A stretch of 64,000 bases of DNA from an uncultured Acidobacteriota bacterium (lineage in GTDB: Bacteria > Acidobacteriota > Vicinamibacteria > Vicinamibacterales > Fen-181). Of this stretch, positions 7,925 through 16,777 are shown piece after piece. Numbering within the stretch: the stretch's first letter is position 1; the number at the start of each line of letters is the position of its first letter. The notes under the pieces are model-generated. The model ran no database searches and was not told the origin of the DNA. It saw nothing but the letters and a program-made list of their open reading frames with translations. Position numbers and translations under genes: made by a program. The stretch lies in contig CAWEZL010000001.1 in the NCBI GenBank assembly GCA_963813585.1, positions 504,487 through 568,486 of the forward strand, written 5' to 3'.

Positions 7925-10795
7925 ATGGCGTCACCGAGGTTCCACGGCCTGACCGCCACGAGCGCGATCGCGCTCACCCTGTCCCTCGCGGTGCCGGCCC
8001 TCGCCCAGGCGCCGAAGGCGCCCGCGCAGAAGATCGACGTCGATTACACGGCGAAGATCAAGGAGTACACGCAGGACCCGCGCGTGGTCACCGAACTGGT
8101 CGACCACCTGCCGGCGTCGGCGACCGTCCCCACGCCGCTGAAGTTCCTCGGGCGCATCCCGGGGACGCCCGACGAGCTGACGTACTACAAGGACATCCTC
8201 CGCTACATGGAGGCGCTCGAGAAGGCATCGCCGCGCGTGAAGCTGCTGCGCATCGGCAAGAGCGAAGAGGGGCGCGACATGATCATGGTCTTCGTCGCGG
8301 ACGAGGCCACGATCGCGGGCCTCGAGCGCTACCGGAAGATCCTGAACGACCTCGCCGACCCGCGAACGCTGACCGAGGCGCAGGCGCGCCAGCTCATCAC
8401 GGCCGGCAAGCCGATCTACTGGGCCACGGGCAACCTGCACTCGGGCGAGACGGGCAGCGCCGAGATGCTGATGGAGCTGGCCTACCGCCTGGTCGTCGAG
8501 GAAACCCCGTTCATCCGAGACATCCGGAACAAGGTGATCGTGGCGCTGACGCCGGTCCTCGAGGTGGACGGCCGCGAGAAGGTGGTCGACAACCTCTACT
8601 ACAAGAAGAAGACCGGCCAGACGCTGCCGCTGACCTGGTGGGGCCAGTACGTGGCGCACGACAACAACCGCGACGGCCTTGGCGTCGGCCTCGCGCTGAC
8701 GCAGAACGTGCTGCGGGCCTTCCTGCACTGGAAACCAACCGTGCTGCACGACCTGCACGAGTCGATCCCCTACCTCTACGCATCGACCGGCGCCGGGCCC
8801 TACAACGTCAACCTCGACCCGCTGGTCACCGACGAGTGGTGGATGCTCGCCAAGCACGAGGTCTCCGAGATGACCAAGCGCGGCGTTCCGGGGGTGTGGA
8901 CCGGGGGGTTCTACGACGGCTGGACGCCGAACTACCTCTTCTTCGTCGCGAACCTGCGCAACAGCATCGGCCGCTTCTACGAGACGCAGGCCTACGGGCC
9001 GCAGAACCAGGAGATCAAGCTCGGGGCGACCGAGACGAGCCGCGAGTGGTACCGGCCGAACCCGCCGCTCGCGTCGATCAAGTGGGGGCCGCGCAACAAC
9101 GTGAACATGCAGCAGAGCGCGCTGCTCTTCGCGCTGCAGTACGCGGCGAGGAACCGAGACCTCCTGCTCGAGAACTTCTATCTGAAGGGGCGGCGCGCGG
9201 TGGAGCGCGGGCGCGGCGAGGCGCCGTACGCGTGGGTCATCCCCGCGGGCCAGTACCGGAAGGGCGAGGCGGTGGCCACCGTCAACATGCTGCGGATGCA
9301 GGGGGCCGAGGTGCACCGCGCGAGCGCCGCGTTCAAGGCGGGCGGCGTGCAGGTCGCGCCCGGCGACTTCGTCGTCCGGATGGACCAGCCCTACGGCGTG
9401 CTCGTCAGGACGCTGCTCGGCACGCAGTTCTTCGCGCCGCAGAACCCGTCGCCCTACGACGACACCGGCTGGAGCGTGCCGCTGATGCGCAACGTCGTGG
9501 TGCACCGGGTGGATGACAAGGCCATCCTCGACCAGCCGGCGACGCTGCTGGCCGAGGACGTCCGGGCCGAGGGGGGCATCAGCGGCGCGGGGCGCGTGCT
9601 GCTGGTCGAGCACAACGTGGACAACAAGCTCGTCACGTTCCGCTTCGCCCTCCCGAAGGTGCGGATGCTGGCGGCCGAGGCGCCGTTCGAGGCGGCCGGG
9701 CGCACGTTCGAGGCGGGAGCCTTCGTCATCCCCGACGCCGACGAGGCCGCGATCGGGCCGGTCCTGAAGGAGCTGGGGTTGACGGCGCACGCCGTGGCGG
9801 CGGCACCCGAGGTGAAGACGCACGAGCTGGACGTGCCGCGCATCGGTTACGTGCACTCGTGGCAGCGGACGCAGGACGAGGGGTGGGTGCGCCTCGCGCT
9901 CGACAGGTTCAAGGTCCCTTACACCTACTTCGGCGACACGAAGCTGCGCGAGGGGAACCTGCGCGCGAGGTTCGACGTGATCGTCTTCCCGCACGTCGGC
10001 GGCACGCCGCAGTCGCAGGTGAACGGCCTGCCGATGACCGGCGACCCGCTGCCGCACAAGAAGACCGACCTGACGCCGAACCTCGGCGTGCTGGACTCGG
10101 CCGACGACATCCGCGGCGGCATGGGGCTCGAGGGGCTCGCCAACCTGGCGGCGTTCGTCCGCGAGGGCGGGCTGCTGATCACCGAAGGATCGACCTCCAC
10201 GATCTTCCCGGCCTACGGCCTCACGCAGGGGGTGACGGTGGAGGAGACGCCCGGCCTCTTCGCGCGCGGGACGATCCTCAAGGCGGTGTTCGCGGATCGC
10301 AAGAGCCCCATCGCTTACGGGTACAATGCCGATCGCCTGCCGGTGTACTTCAGCCAGGCGCCGGTCCTCGCGGTGGGCGGGGGCGGCGGCTTCGGGCGCG
10401 GCGGCGCGTCGATCCCGGGCGTCGGCATGAACCTCACGCCCAACGCGGTGCCCGAGCGGCTGGCGTCGCTCGACGAGGCGCCGGCCCCGGCGAAGGAACG
10501 GGGCGACGAGCGGGCGGGCGGCGAGGCATTCAGCGGCCGCCAGGGGGCCCCCGCCGTGCCGCTGCCGCGGGTGGTCCTGCGGTTTCCGTCCAACCCGGAC
10601 GACATGCTGCTGAGCGGCGGCCTGGTCGGCGGCCAGGCGCTGGCGGGCAAGGCGGTGGTGGCCGACGCGGGCATCGGCAAGGGCCACGTGGTGCTGTTCG
10701 CCACGCGCCCCTTCTGGCGCTGGCAGACCCACGGCACCTTCTTCCTCGGCTTCAACGCGATCCTCAACTGGAACGACCTGGACGCGGGGAAGTGA
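7925..10795 (+). CDS. secreted M14-family metallopeptidase (zinc carboxypeptidase-like) with large C-terminal extension
   Basis: 956 aa with signal peptide ...SLAVPALAQA and an M14-like zinc region (WATGNLHSGETGSAEMLMELAYRL; ...LHDLHES). The C-terminal part resembles class-I glutamine-amidotransferase-like folds. Confidence 0.8.
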   Translation: MASPRFHGLTATSAIALTLSLAVPALAQAPKAPAQKIDVDYTAKIKEYTQDPRVVTELVDHLPASATVPTPLKFLGRIPGTPDELTYYKDILRYMEALEKASPRVKLLRIGKSEEGRDMIMVFVADEATIAGLERYRKILNDLADPRTLTEAQARQLITAGKPIYWATGNLHSGETGSAEMLMELAYRLVVEETPFIRDIRNKVIVALTPVLEVDGREKVVDNLYYKKKTGQTLPLTWWGQYVAHDNNRDGLGVGLALTQNVLRAFLHWKPTVLHDLHESIPYLYASTGAGPYNVNLDPLVTDEWWMLAKHEVSEMTKRGVPGVWTGGFYDGWTPNYLFFVANLRNSIGRFYETQAYGPQNQEIKLGATETSREWYRPNPPLASIKWGPRNNVNMQQSALLFALQYAARNRDLLLENFYLKGRRAVERGRGEAPYAWVIPAGQYRKGEAVATVNMLRMQGAEVHRASAAFKAGGVQVAPGDFVVRMDQPYGVLVRTLLGTQFFAPQNPSPYDDTGWSVPLMRNVVVHRVDDKAILDQPATLLAEDVRAEGGISGAGRVLLVEHNVDNKLVTFRFALPKVRMLAAEAPFEAAGRTFEAGAFVIPDADEAAIGPVLKELGLTAHAVAAAPEVKTHELDVPRIGYVHSWQRTQDEGWVRLALDRFKVPYTYFGDTKLREGNLRARFDVIVFPHVGGTPQSQVNGLPMTGDPLPHKKTDLTPNLGVLDSADDIRGGMGLEGLANLAAFVREGGLLITEGSTSTIFPAYGLTQGVTVEETPGLFARGTILKAVFADRKSPIAYGYNADRLPVYFSQAPVLAVGGGGGFGRGGASIPGVGMNLTPNAVPERLASLDEAPAPAKERGDERAGGEAFSGRQGAPAVPLPRVVLRFPSNPDDMLLSGGLVGGQALAGKAVVADAGIGKGHVVLFATRPFWRWQTHGTFFLGFNAILNWNDLDAGK

Positions 10796-10855
10796 CACGG
10801 GCAGGGACACTCGGACTTCGTGAACTCGGACTTCGGGGACTTCGTGGACTAATCT

Positions 10856-12025
10856 ATGCCGACAAAGTACGTGGTGATTGGGGCGGGCCGCCAGGGCGTG
10901 GCGGCCGCGTATGACCTGGGCGTGTTCGGGCGGGCCGACGAGGTCGTGCTGCTCGACATCGACGGCAAGGGGGCCGAAGCGGCGGCCACCAGGCTGAACA
11001 CCCTCCTCGGCCGCAACATGGCCCGCGCCGCGGCGGTCGATGCCGGCGACATCGCAGCCGTGCGACCGCACCTCGACGGCGCCACGGGCTGCATCAGCTC
11101 GGTTCATTTCACCTTCAACCTGGCGATCACCCGCCTGGCCATCGAGCAGCGCGTCAACCTGGTGGACTTCGGCGGGAACACCGGGGTGGTCCGCCAGCAG
11201 CTCGCGCTCGATCCCGAGGCGCGCGCGGCGGGGGTCGCCGTGGTGCCCGACTGCGGCATGGGGCCGGGGCTGAACATCTCGCTCGGGACCTACGTGACGG
11301 AGCTCGTCGAGGAGCCGCGCGAGGTGCTGATCTGGGACGGCGGCCTGCCGCAGGATCCGCAGCCACCGTGGAACTACGCGTGCGCGTTCGCGCTCGGCGG
11401 CCTCACCAACGAGTACGACGGCGACGCCTTCTTCCTGCGCGACGGGAAGGTGACGCCGGTGCCCGCCTTCTCGGGCTACGAGATGCTCGACTTCCCCGAG
11501 CCGCTCGGCCGCCTCGAGGCGTTCGTCACCTCTGGCGGGCTGTCCACCTCGCCGTGGACCTTCGAGGGGAAGCTGCAGCGCCTGGAGAACAAGACGCTCC
11601 GCTACCCGGGCCACGTCGCGCAGTTCAAGACGTTCGCCGACCTGGGGCTGCTCGGCCTCGAGCCGGTCGCGGTGGGAAGCCAGCAGGTGATCCCGCGCGA
11701 CGTCTTCCACGCGCTGCTGACGCCGCAGATCCAGCGCGAGGACTTCAAGGACATCTGCGTCATGCGCGTCATCGGGCGCGGGCGGACCGGCGGCCGCGAG
11801 GCCGAGGCCACCGTCGAGCTCGTGGACCGGTACGACGAGAAGACCGGCTTCACCGCCATGCAGCGGCTGACCGGCTGGCACGCGTCGATCATGCTGATCG
11901 CCGCGGTCGACCGGAAGGTGCGGCCAGGGGTGGTGTCGGTGGAGACGGCGATTCCCGGGAAGACCGTGGTGGACGAGTGCCGCCGCCGCGGTTTCGCGAT
12001 CGAGGAGAACGTGCGCCTGGCGTAG
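10856..12025 (+). CDS. saccharopine dehydrogenase family oxidoreductase
   Basis: 389 aa with an N-terminal Rossmann motif YVVIGAGRQGVAAAYDL and family-typical length and organisation. Confidence 0.8.
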   Translation: MPTKYVVIGAGRQGVAAAYDLGVFGRADEVVLLDIDGKGAEAAATRLNTLLGRNMARAAAVDAGDIAAVRPHLDGATGCISSVHFTFNLAITRLAIEQRVNLVDFGGNTGVVRQQLALDPEARAAGVAVVPDCGMGPGLNISLGTYVTELVEEPREVLIWDGGLPQDPQPPWNYACAFALGGLTNEYDGDAFFLRDGKVTPVPAFSGYEMLDFPEPLGRLEAFVTSGGLSTSPWTFEGKLQRLENKTLRYPGHVAQFKTFADLGLLGLEPVAVGSQQVIPRDVFHALLTPQIQREDFKDICVMRVIGRGRTGGREAEATVELVDRYDEKTGFTAMQRLTGWHASIMLIAAVDRKVRPGVVSVETAIPGKTVVDECRRRGFAIEENVRLA

Positions 12026-13015
12026 GTGGCCTTGAGCCCTGACACCTTCTTTTCCCCCCTCGTCCCCGCGACCGGGGCGATCCTCGAGGAGATCCTCGAC
12101 CAGACGCACCCGGTGTGGGGCGAGGGGCTCGACCGCGCGTCGTACGCCCGCTACAACGCGGCGCAGCTGAAGACGCCGTGGGGGCGCTCGCACCTGCGGC
12201 GGGTTGCGCTGCTGGACGAGGCGGGCCGCTGGGTGTCGACCGCGAAGCGGTACGACCTGCGCGTGCGGGCGGGCGGCCGCGAGGCGCCGGCGATCGGCAT
12301 CGGGGCGCTGTTCACGCGCCCCGATGCCCGGCGCCGGGGCGCGGCGGGCGCGTTGTTGCGCGCCCTCCTGGCGCAGGGCGAGGCCGAAGGGGCCAGCCTC
12401 GCGCTCCTCTTCTCGGAGATCGGCACCCGCTACTACGAGCGCTTCGGCTTCCGGGCGGTGCCGGTCATGCAGGCCGTCCTCGACCTGAAGGACGCACGCG
12501 CCCCGGCCCCGCCCGCCATCCCGATGCGATCGGGCGAGGCGGGCGACTTCCCCGCCATCGCCGAGATGAACGCGAAGCAGGCGGAGGGGCTTCCCTTCAC
12601 CCTCGCCCGCTCGCCGGAGTACGTCGGCTTTGCCATCGCCAGGAAGCGCCTGCTGGCGGCCAGCGGGGCCCCGGGCCACCGCGAGGTCGGATTCTTCGTC
12701 GTCGAGGAAGGGGGCCGTGCCGCCGCCTACGCCGTCGTCTTCGCGGTCGGTGACTACTGGATGGTCACCGAGTGCGGCGACCGCGACCCGTCGGGCGCGC
12801 GCGTGGGCGCGCTGATCGAGACGATGCGGTCGCGCCCCGGCGTTCGCGCCACGCGCATCGTCGCGTGGCTCCCCCCCAGCTTCCTGCCGCCGCAGCTGCG
12901 CGTCCTCTGGCGCGAGCGGCCCGCGGTCGCGATGATGGTCGCCCCGCTCGGCGGCTTCGCCCTCGACCTGCCGCACCGCGACCCGGTCGCCTGGTGGCAC
13001 GCCGACGCATTCTGA
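12026..13015 (+). CDS. GNAT family N-acetyltransferase (Eis-like size)
   Basis: A GTG start directly follows the TAG of the previous gene. The acetyl-CoA motif is RRRGAAGALLRALL..., followed by YYERFGF. Confidence 0.7.
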   Translation: MALSPDTFFSPLVPATGAILEEILDQTHPVWGEGLDRASYARYNAAQLKTPWGRSHLRRVALLDEAGRWVSTAKRYDLRVRAGGREAPAIGIGALFTRPDARRRGAAGALLRALLAQGEAEGASLALLFSEIGTRYYERFGFRAVPVMQAVLDLKDARAPAPPAIPMRSGEAGDFPAIAEMNAKQAEGLPFTLARSPEYVGFAIARKRLLAASGAPGHREVGFFVVEEGGRAAAYAVVFAVGDYWMVTECGDRDPSGARVGALIETMRSRPGVRATRIVAWLPPSFLPPQLRVLWRERPAVAMMVAPLGGFALDLPHRDPVAWWHADAF

Positions 13016-13087
13016 CGGGCGCCCCCCGCCCGAACCCTGCGGTATGATCGCCCCCCGGTGCCGGGTTCCTTCCTCAGGAGCAAGTAG

Positions 13088-16000
13088 ATGAAACGCTGCA
13101 CTTGTCTGACTGCCTGTGTGCTGACGATGGTCCTCGCGTGCGCCGCGGGGGCTGCCGCCATCGACACCTCCGACACGCGCCTGCTGAGCCAGCCGGCCAT
13201 CAGCGCGTCGAACCTCGCGTTCATCTACGCGGGCGACCTCTGGGTGTCGGGCCTCGACGGCCGGAACGTGCGCCGGCTGACGAGCGGCCAGGGCGCGTCG
13301 AACCCCACGTTCTCGCCCGACGGATCGCTTCTGGCCTTCACGGCGCAGTACGAGGGGAACGCGGACGTCTACGTCGTGCCGGTCGCTGGCGGCGTGCCGA
13401 CCCGCCTCACCTGGCATCCCGGGCGGGACACCGTCCAGGGGTTCACGCCCGACGGCGCCGGCGTGGTGTTCACCTCCGCGCGCACCGTGTTCAGCGGCCG
13501 CTACAGCCAGCTGTTCACCGTGCCGGTGAAGGGGGGCGCGCCGGCGCGGCTCGACCCGCCCTACGCCTTCCGCGGGGCACTGTCGCCCGACGGCACGCGC
13601 ATCGCCTACAACCCGCTCTACGACGCGTTCACGCAGTGGAAGCACTACCGCGGCGGCACCCATTCGACAATCTGGATCTACACGCCGGCCACCCGGGGGG
13701 TCGCGACCGTGCCGCAGCCGCCCGATCGGCCGAACGACGTCTACCCGGCCTGGATCGGCGACACGCTGTACTTCGTCTCGGACCGCGCCGGCGAGTTCAA
13801 CCTGTTCTCCTACGACACGAAGTCGAAGGCCGTGACGCAGATCACGCGCCACGACGACTTCCCCGTGCTGTACGCCTCGGCCGGCGGCGGCAAGGTGGCG
13901 TACGAGCAGGCGGGCTACCTCCACGTGTTCGACCCGGCGACCGGCAAGCACGCGAAGGTCGCCATCGGCGTGACCGCCGACCTGCCCGACCTGCGCCCGC
14001 GGTTCGTCAAGGGCGCGCGGCACCTCCGCAACGGCGCCCTGTCGCCCTCCGGCGCCCGCCTCGTCGTCGAGTCGCGCGGCGAGATCGTGACGGTGCCCGC
14101 CGAGAAGGGGGATCCCCGGAACCTGACCGGCACGCCGGGCGTGCACGAGCGGTCGCCCGCCTGGTCGCCCGACGGGAAGTCCATCGCCTACTTCTCCGAC
14201 GCGGGGGGCGCCTACCAGCTGGTGGTCGCGCCGCAGGACGGCAAGGGCCAGCCCCGCACCTACAAGCTGGCGGGCGCCGGCTTCTACGACCGCCCGGCGT
14301 TCTCACCCGACAGCCGGAGGCTGGCCTACACCGACAACTCCTGGACGCTCTACTGGATCGACCTCGACTCGGGCGTCTCGAAGAAGATCGCTGCCGAGCC
14401 CATCTACGGCCCGCGCAAGACGATTGGCGCCGCCTGGTCGCCCGACTCGAAGTGGATCGCCTACACGCTCAATACGCCCAACTACATCCAGCAGGTCCAC
14501 CTCTACTCCGTCGACCAGGACAAGTCGTTCCCGGTCTCGGACGGCCTGAGCGACGTGAGCGAGCCGGCGTTCGACGCGAGCGGCAAGTACCTCTACCTGC
14601 TCGGCTCCACCGACGCCGGCCCTGTCCGCGACTGGTTCGCGATGTCGAACGCCGACATGCACTCGACGAGCGCGATCTACCTGGCGGTGCTCGACAAGGA
14701 CGCCCCGTCCCCGCTGGCGAAGGAAAGCGACGAAGAAGGGAAGAAGGCAGAGGAGGGCGAGAAGCCGATCCAGAAACCGGCCGCCGACAAGCCGGCCGCG
14801 ACCGACAAGCCGGCCGCCGACAAGCCCGCCACCGACAAGGCGTCGATTCCACCCGTGGTGAAGATCGACGTCGAGGGGCTGGCGAGCCGCATCCTGACCG
14901 TGCCGGTGCCGGCCGCCGACCTCTCCAGCCTCCAGGCCGGCGAGGCGAACCTGCTCTACTACCTGCGCGCGGCCGACGCGAAGTCGGCCCTGCACCGCTA
15001 CGACCTGGGGACGCGCAAGGACGAGACGCTGCTGCCCGACGTCGGGGGCTACACCGTGTCGGCCGACGGCAAGAAGCTCGTCTACCGCAGCGGCGCGACC
15101 TGGTCGATCGTTTCCACGAAGGGGAAGATCGAGCCCTCGCAGGGGCGGCTCGACCTCGACTCGCTCGAGATCCGCATCGATCCGGCCGCCGAGTGGCCCC
15201 AGATCTTCGACGAGGCGTGGCGGGTCAACCGCGACTACTTCTACGACCCGACCATGCACGGCGTGGACTGGGCGGCGATGCGCGCGAAGTACTCCGTGTT
15301 CCTCCCGCACGTGGCGGTGCGCGACGACCTCAACCGCGTCATCCAGTGGATGTGCAGCGAGCTGGGCGTCGGTCACCACCGGGTCGGCGGAGGCGAGAAC
15401 CGGACCGAGCCGGCCTCGGTGCCCGGCGGCCTGCTCGGCGCCGACTATTCCATCGAGAACGGGCGTTACCGCTTCAGGAGGGTCTACGGCGGCCTGAACT
15501 GGAACCCCGAGCTGCGGTCGCCGCTCACCGAGCCGGGCGTCAACGTGAAGGCCGGTGAATACCTCCTCGCCGTCAACGGGCACGACCTGCGCGCCGACAC
15601 GAGTGTCTACGCGCCGTTCGAGAATACCGCCGGCAAGATCGTCGAGATCACCGTCGGCGCCAACCCCGACGGCTCGGCCTCGCGGACCGTCCCGGTGGTT
15701 CCAATCGCGAACGAGGCGGCGCTCAGGAACCGCGACTGGGTCGAGGGGAACCTGCGCCGGGTGACCGAGGCCACCAAGGGGCGCGTCGCCTACGTCTACG
15801 TCCCCAACACCAGCACGATGGGGCACACCTACTTCAAGCGCTACTTCTACCCGCAGGCCAACCGCGACGCCATCATCGTGGACGAGCGCTTCAACGGGGG
15901 CGGCTCGGTGGCCGACTATTACACCGACCTCCTCCGCCGCCCGCACGGCGCCTACTGGGCAACCCGCTACGGCGCCGACTTCCCGACGCCGACGGCGTCC

Positions 16001-16393
16001 ATCCACGGGCCGAAGGTGCTGCTCGTCGACGAGACCGCCGGGTCGGGCGGCGACCTGTTCCCCTGGATGTGGCGCAAGTTCAAGCTCGGACCGATCGTGG
16101 GCAAGCGCACCTGGGGCGGCCTGGTCGGCACGCTCGGCTTCCCCGTGCTGATGGATGGCGGCATGGTCACCGCCCCCAACCTCGCCATCTGGACCGAGGA
16201 CGGCTGGGTGGTCGAGAACGAGGGGGTGCCGCCCGACATCGAGGTCGAGCAGAACCCGGCCGACCTGCTGGACGGCAAGGACCCGCAGCTCGAGCGGGCG
16301 ATCCAGGTGGTGATGGAGGAGCTGAAGAAGAGCCCGCCGTCGAAGCCCAGGCGCCCGGCGTGGCGCAGCGTGCCGAAGGAGCGGGGGAAGTAG
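13088..16393 (+). CDS. tricorn-protease-like S41 peptidase (beta-propeller + PDZ + S41 domains)
   Basis: 1101 aa with a signal peptide. It has TolB/WD40-like repeats (SPDGS/SPDGT/SPDGK motifs) and a C-terminal S41 region (VDERFNGGGSVADYY...TAGSGGDLF...KRTWGGLVG). SD AGGAG and a TATGAT -10-like hexamer (13043-13048) lie upstream. Confidence 0.85.
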   Translation: MKRCTCLTACVLTMVLACAAGAAAIDTSDTRLLSQPAISASNLAFIYAGDLWVSGLDGRNVRRLTSGQGASNPTFSPDGSLLAFTAQYEGNADVYVVPVAGGVPTRLTWHPGRDTVQGFTPDGAGVVFTSARTVFSGRYSQLFTVPVKGGAPARLDPPYAFRGALSPDGTRIAYNPLYDAFTQWKHYRGGTHSTIWIYTPATRGVATVPQPPDRPNDVYPAWIGDTLYFVSDRAGEFNLFSYDTKSKAVTQITRHDDFPVLYASAGGGKVAYEQAGYLHVFDPATGKHAKVAIGVTADLPDLRPRFVKGARHLRNGALSPSGARLVVESRGEIVTVPAEKGDPRNLTGTPGVHERSPAWSPDGKSIAYFSDAGGAYQLVVAPQDGKGQPRTYKLAGAGFYDRPAFSPDSRRLAYTDNSWTLYWIDLDSGVSKKIAAEPIYGPRKTIGAAWSPDSKWIAYTLNTPNYIQQVHLYSVDQDKSFPVSDGLSDVSEPAFDASGKYLYLLGSTDAGPVRDWFAMSNADMHSTSAIYLAVLDKDAPSPLAKESDEEGKKAEEGEKPIQKPAADKPAATDKPAADKPATDKASIPPVVKIDVEGLASRILTVPVPAADLSSLQAGEANLLYYLRAADAKSALHRYDLGTRKDETLLPDVGGYTVSADGKKLVYRSGATWSIVSTKGKIEPSQGRLDLDSLEIRIDPAAEWPQIFDEAWRVNRDYFYDPTMHGVDWAAMRAKYSVFLPHVAVRDDLNRVIQWMCSELGVGHHRVGGGENRTEPASVPGGLLGADYSIENGRYRFRRVYGGLNWNPELRSPLTEPGVNVKAGEYLLAVNGHDLRADTSVYAPFENTAGKIVEITVGANPDGSASRTVPVVPIANEAALRNRDWVEGNLRRVTEATKGRVAYVYVPNTSTMGHTYFKRYFYPQANRDAIIVDERFNGGGSVADYYTDLLRRPHGAYWATRYGADFPTPTASIHGPKVLLVDETAGSGGDLFPWMWRKFKLGPIVGKRTWGGLVGTLGFPVLMDGGMVTAPNLAIWTEDGWVVENEGVPPDIEVEQNPADLLDGKDPQLERAIQVVMEELKKSPPSKPRRPAWRSVPKERGK
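14777..14839 (+). repeat. in-frame coding repeat (PAADK/PAATDK x4) inside the tricorn-like gene
   Basis: ccggccgccgacaag-type units read directly. They encode KPAADKPAATDKPAADKPATDK, a linker. Confidence 0.85.
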
Positions 16394-16398
16394 CCCGG

Positions 16399-16644
16399 CT
16401 ACCCGCCGCTGATCATGTGGATGACTTCGACGGTCGCGCCGTCGGGGACCGCGGCGGCGGCGTACGTCCCCCGCTTCACCAAGGTACCGTCGACCTGGAC
16501 GACGAGCATCCTGAAGATGTAGTTGCGGACCTTCAGAATGTCCGCAACCGTCATCCCTGGCTGCCAAGGCATCGGTTCGCCGTTCACGACGATGACGCCA
16601 GGATTCGGGAGTCGGGATTCGGGATTCAGGGCTGTGGCCGTCAC
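16399..16644 (-). CDS. ThiS/MoaD-family ubiquitin-like sulfur-carrier protein
   Basis: 81 aa ending ...VIHMISGG (C-terminal Gly-Gly), with a VNGE beta-grasp start. The GTG start overlaps the stop of the upstream 42-codon ORF (GTGA). Confidence 0.75.
   Translation of the reverse strand: MTATALNPESRLPNPGVIVVNGEPMPWQPGMTVADILKVRNYIFRMLVVQVDGTLVKRGTYAAAAVPDGATVEVIHMISGG
16601..16631. repeat. GGGATTC-type G-tract repeat
   Basis: The sequence ggattcgggagtcgggattcgggattcaggg has four GGG tracts on the plus strand. It lies inside the 5' end of the ThiS-like ORF, and the same motif family occurs at 60658-60733 in reverse orientation. Confidence 0.85.
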
Positions 16645-16769
16645 ACTGCCTCCCCTACAGCCCTGAGGCTTCGAATCAGGCCGTGAAGCATCCGACCCAC
16701 TTCGGCGCTATCTAACAGCAGCGCATTTGCAGACTCGTCGTCGATGAAGCCCAAGCGCTTGGCCAGCAT
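16641..16769 (-). pseudogene. C-terminal remnant of a four-helix-bundle protein gene (former 23S rRNA IVS protein family)
   Basis: The 42-codon ORF MLAKRLGFIDDESANALLLDSAEVGRMLHGLIRSLRAVGEAV matches only the last helix of that ~120-aa family (LG[FY]I...E[IV]G[RK]ML.GLI.SL). Its ATG is 8 nt after the AOR stop, and its stop overlaps the thiS-like GTG. Confidence 0.55.
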
Positions 16770-16777
16770 CCTGTCCT

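Noticed and set aside
7931-14146. A 2071-aa minus-strand ORF spanning more than 6 kb, the longest ORF in the track.
   Set aside because: It runs antisense to four well-supported plus-strand genes (M14 peptidase, saccharopine dehydrogenase, GNAT, tricorn-like protease). Its translation is low-complexity R/G/A/P/D/H-rich with no recognisable motifs. This is the expected stop-codon-poor antisense frame of very GC-rich coding DNA.
16655-16700. A tRNA-like T-arm string GCTTCGAATCA.
   Set aside because: There is no matching acceptor, D or anticodon stem around it. It lies inside the four-helix-bundle relic ORF (…LIRSLRAV…). I found no other tRNA/rRNA-like conserved strings in the window.
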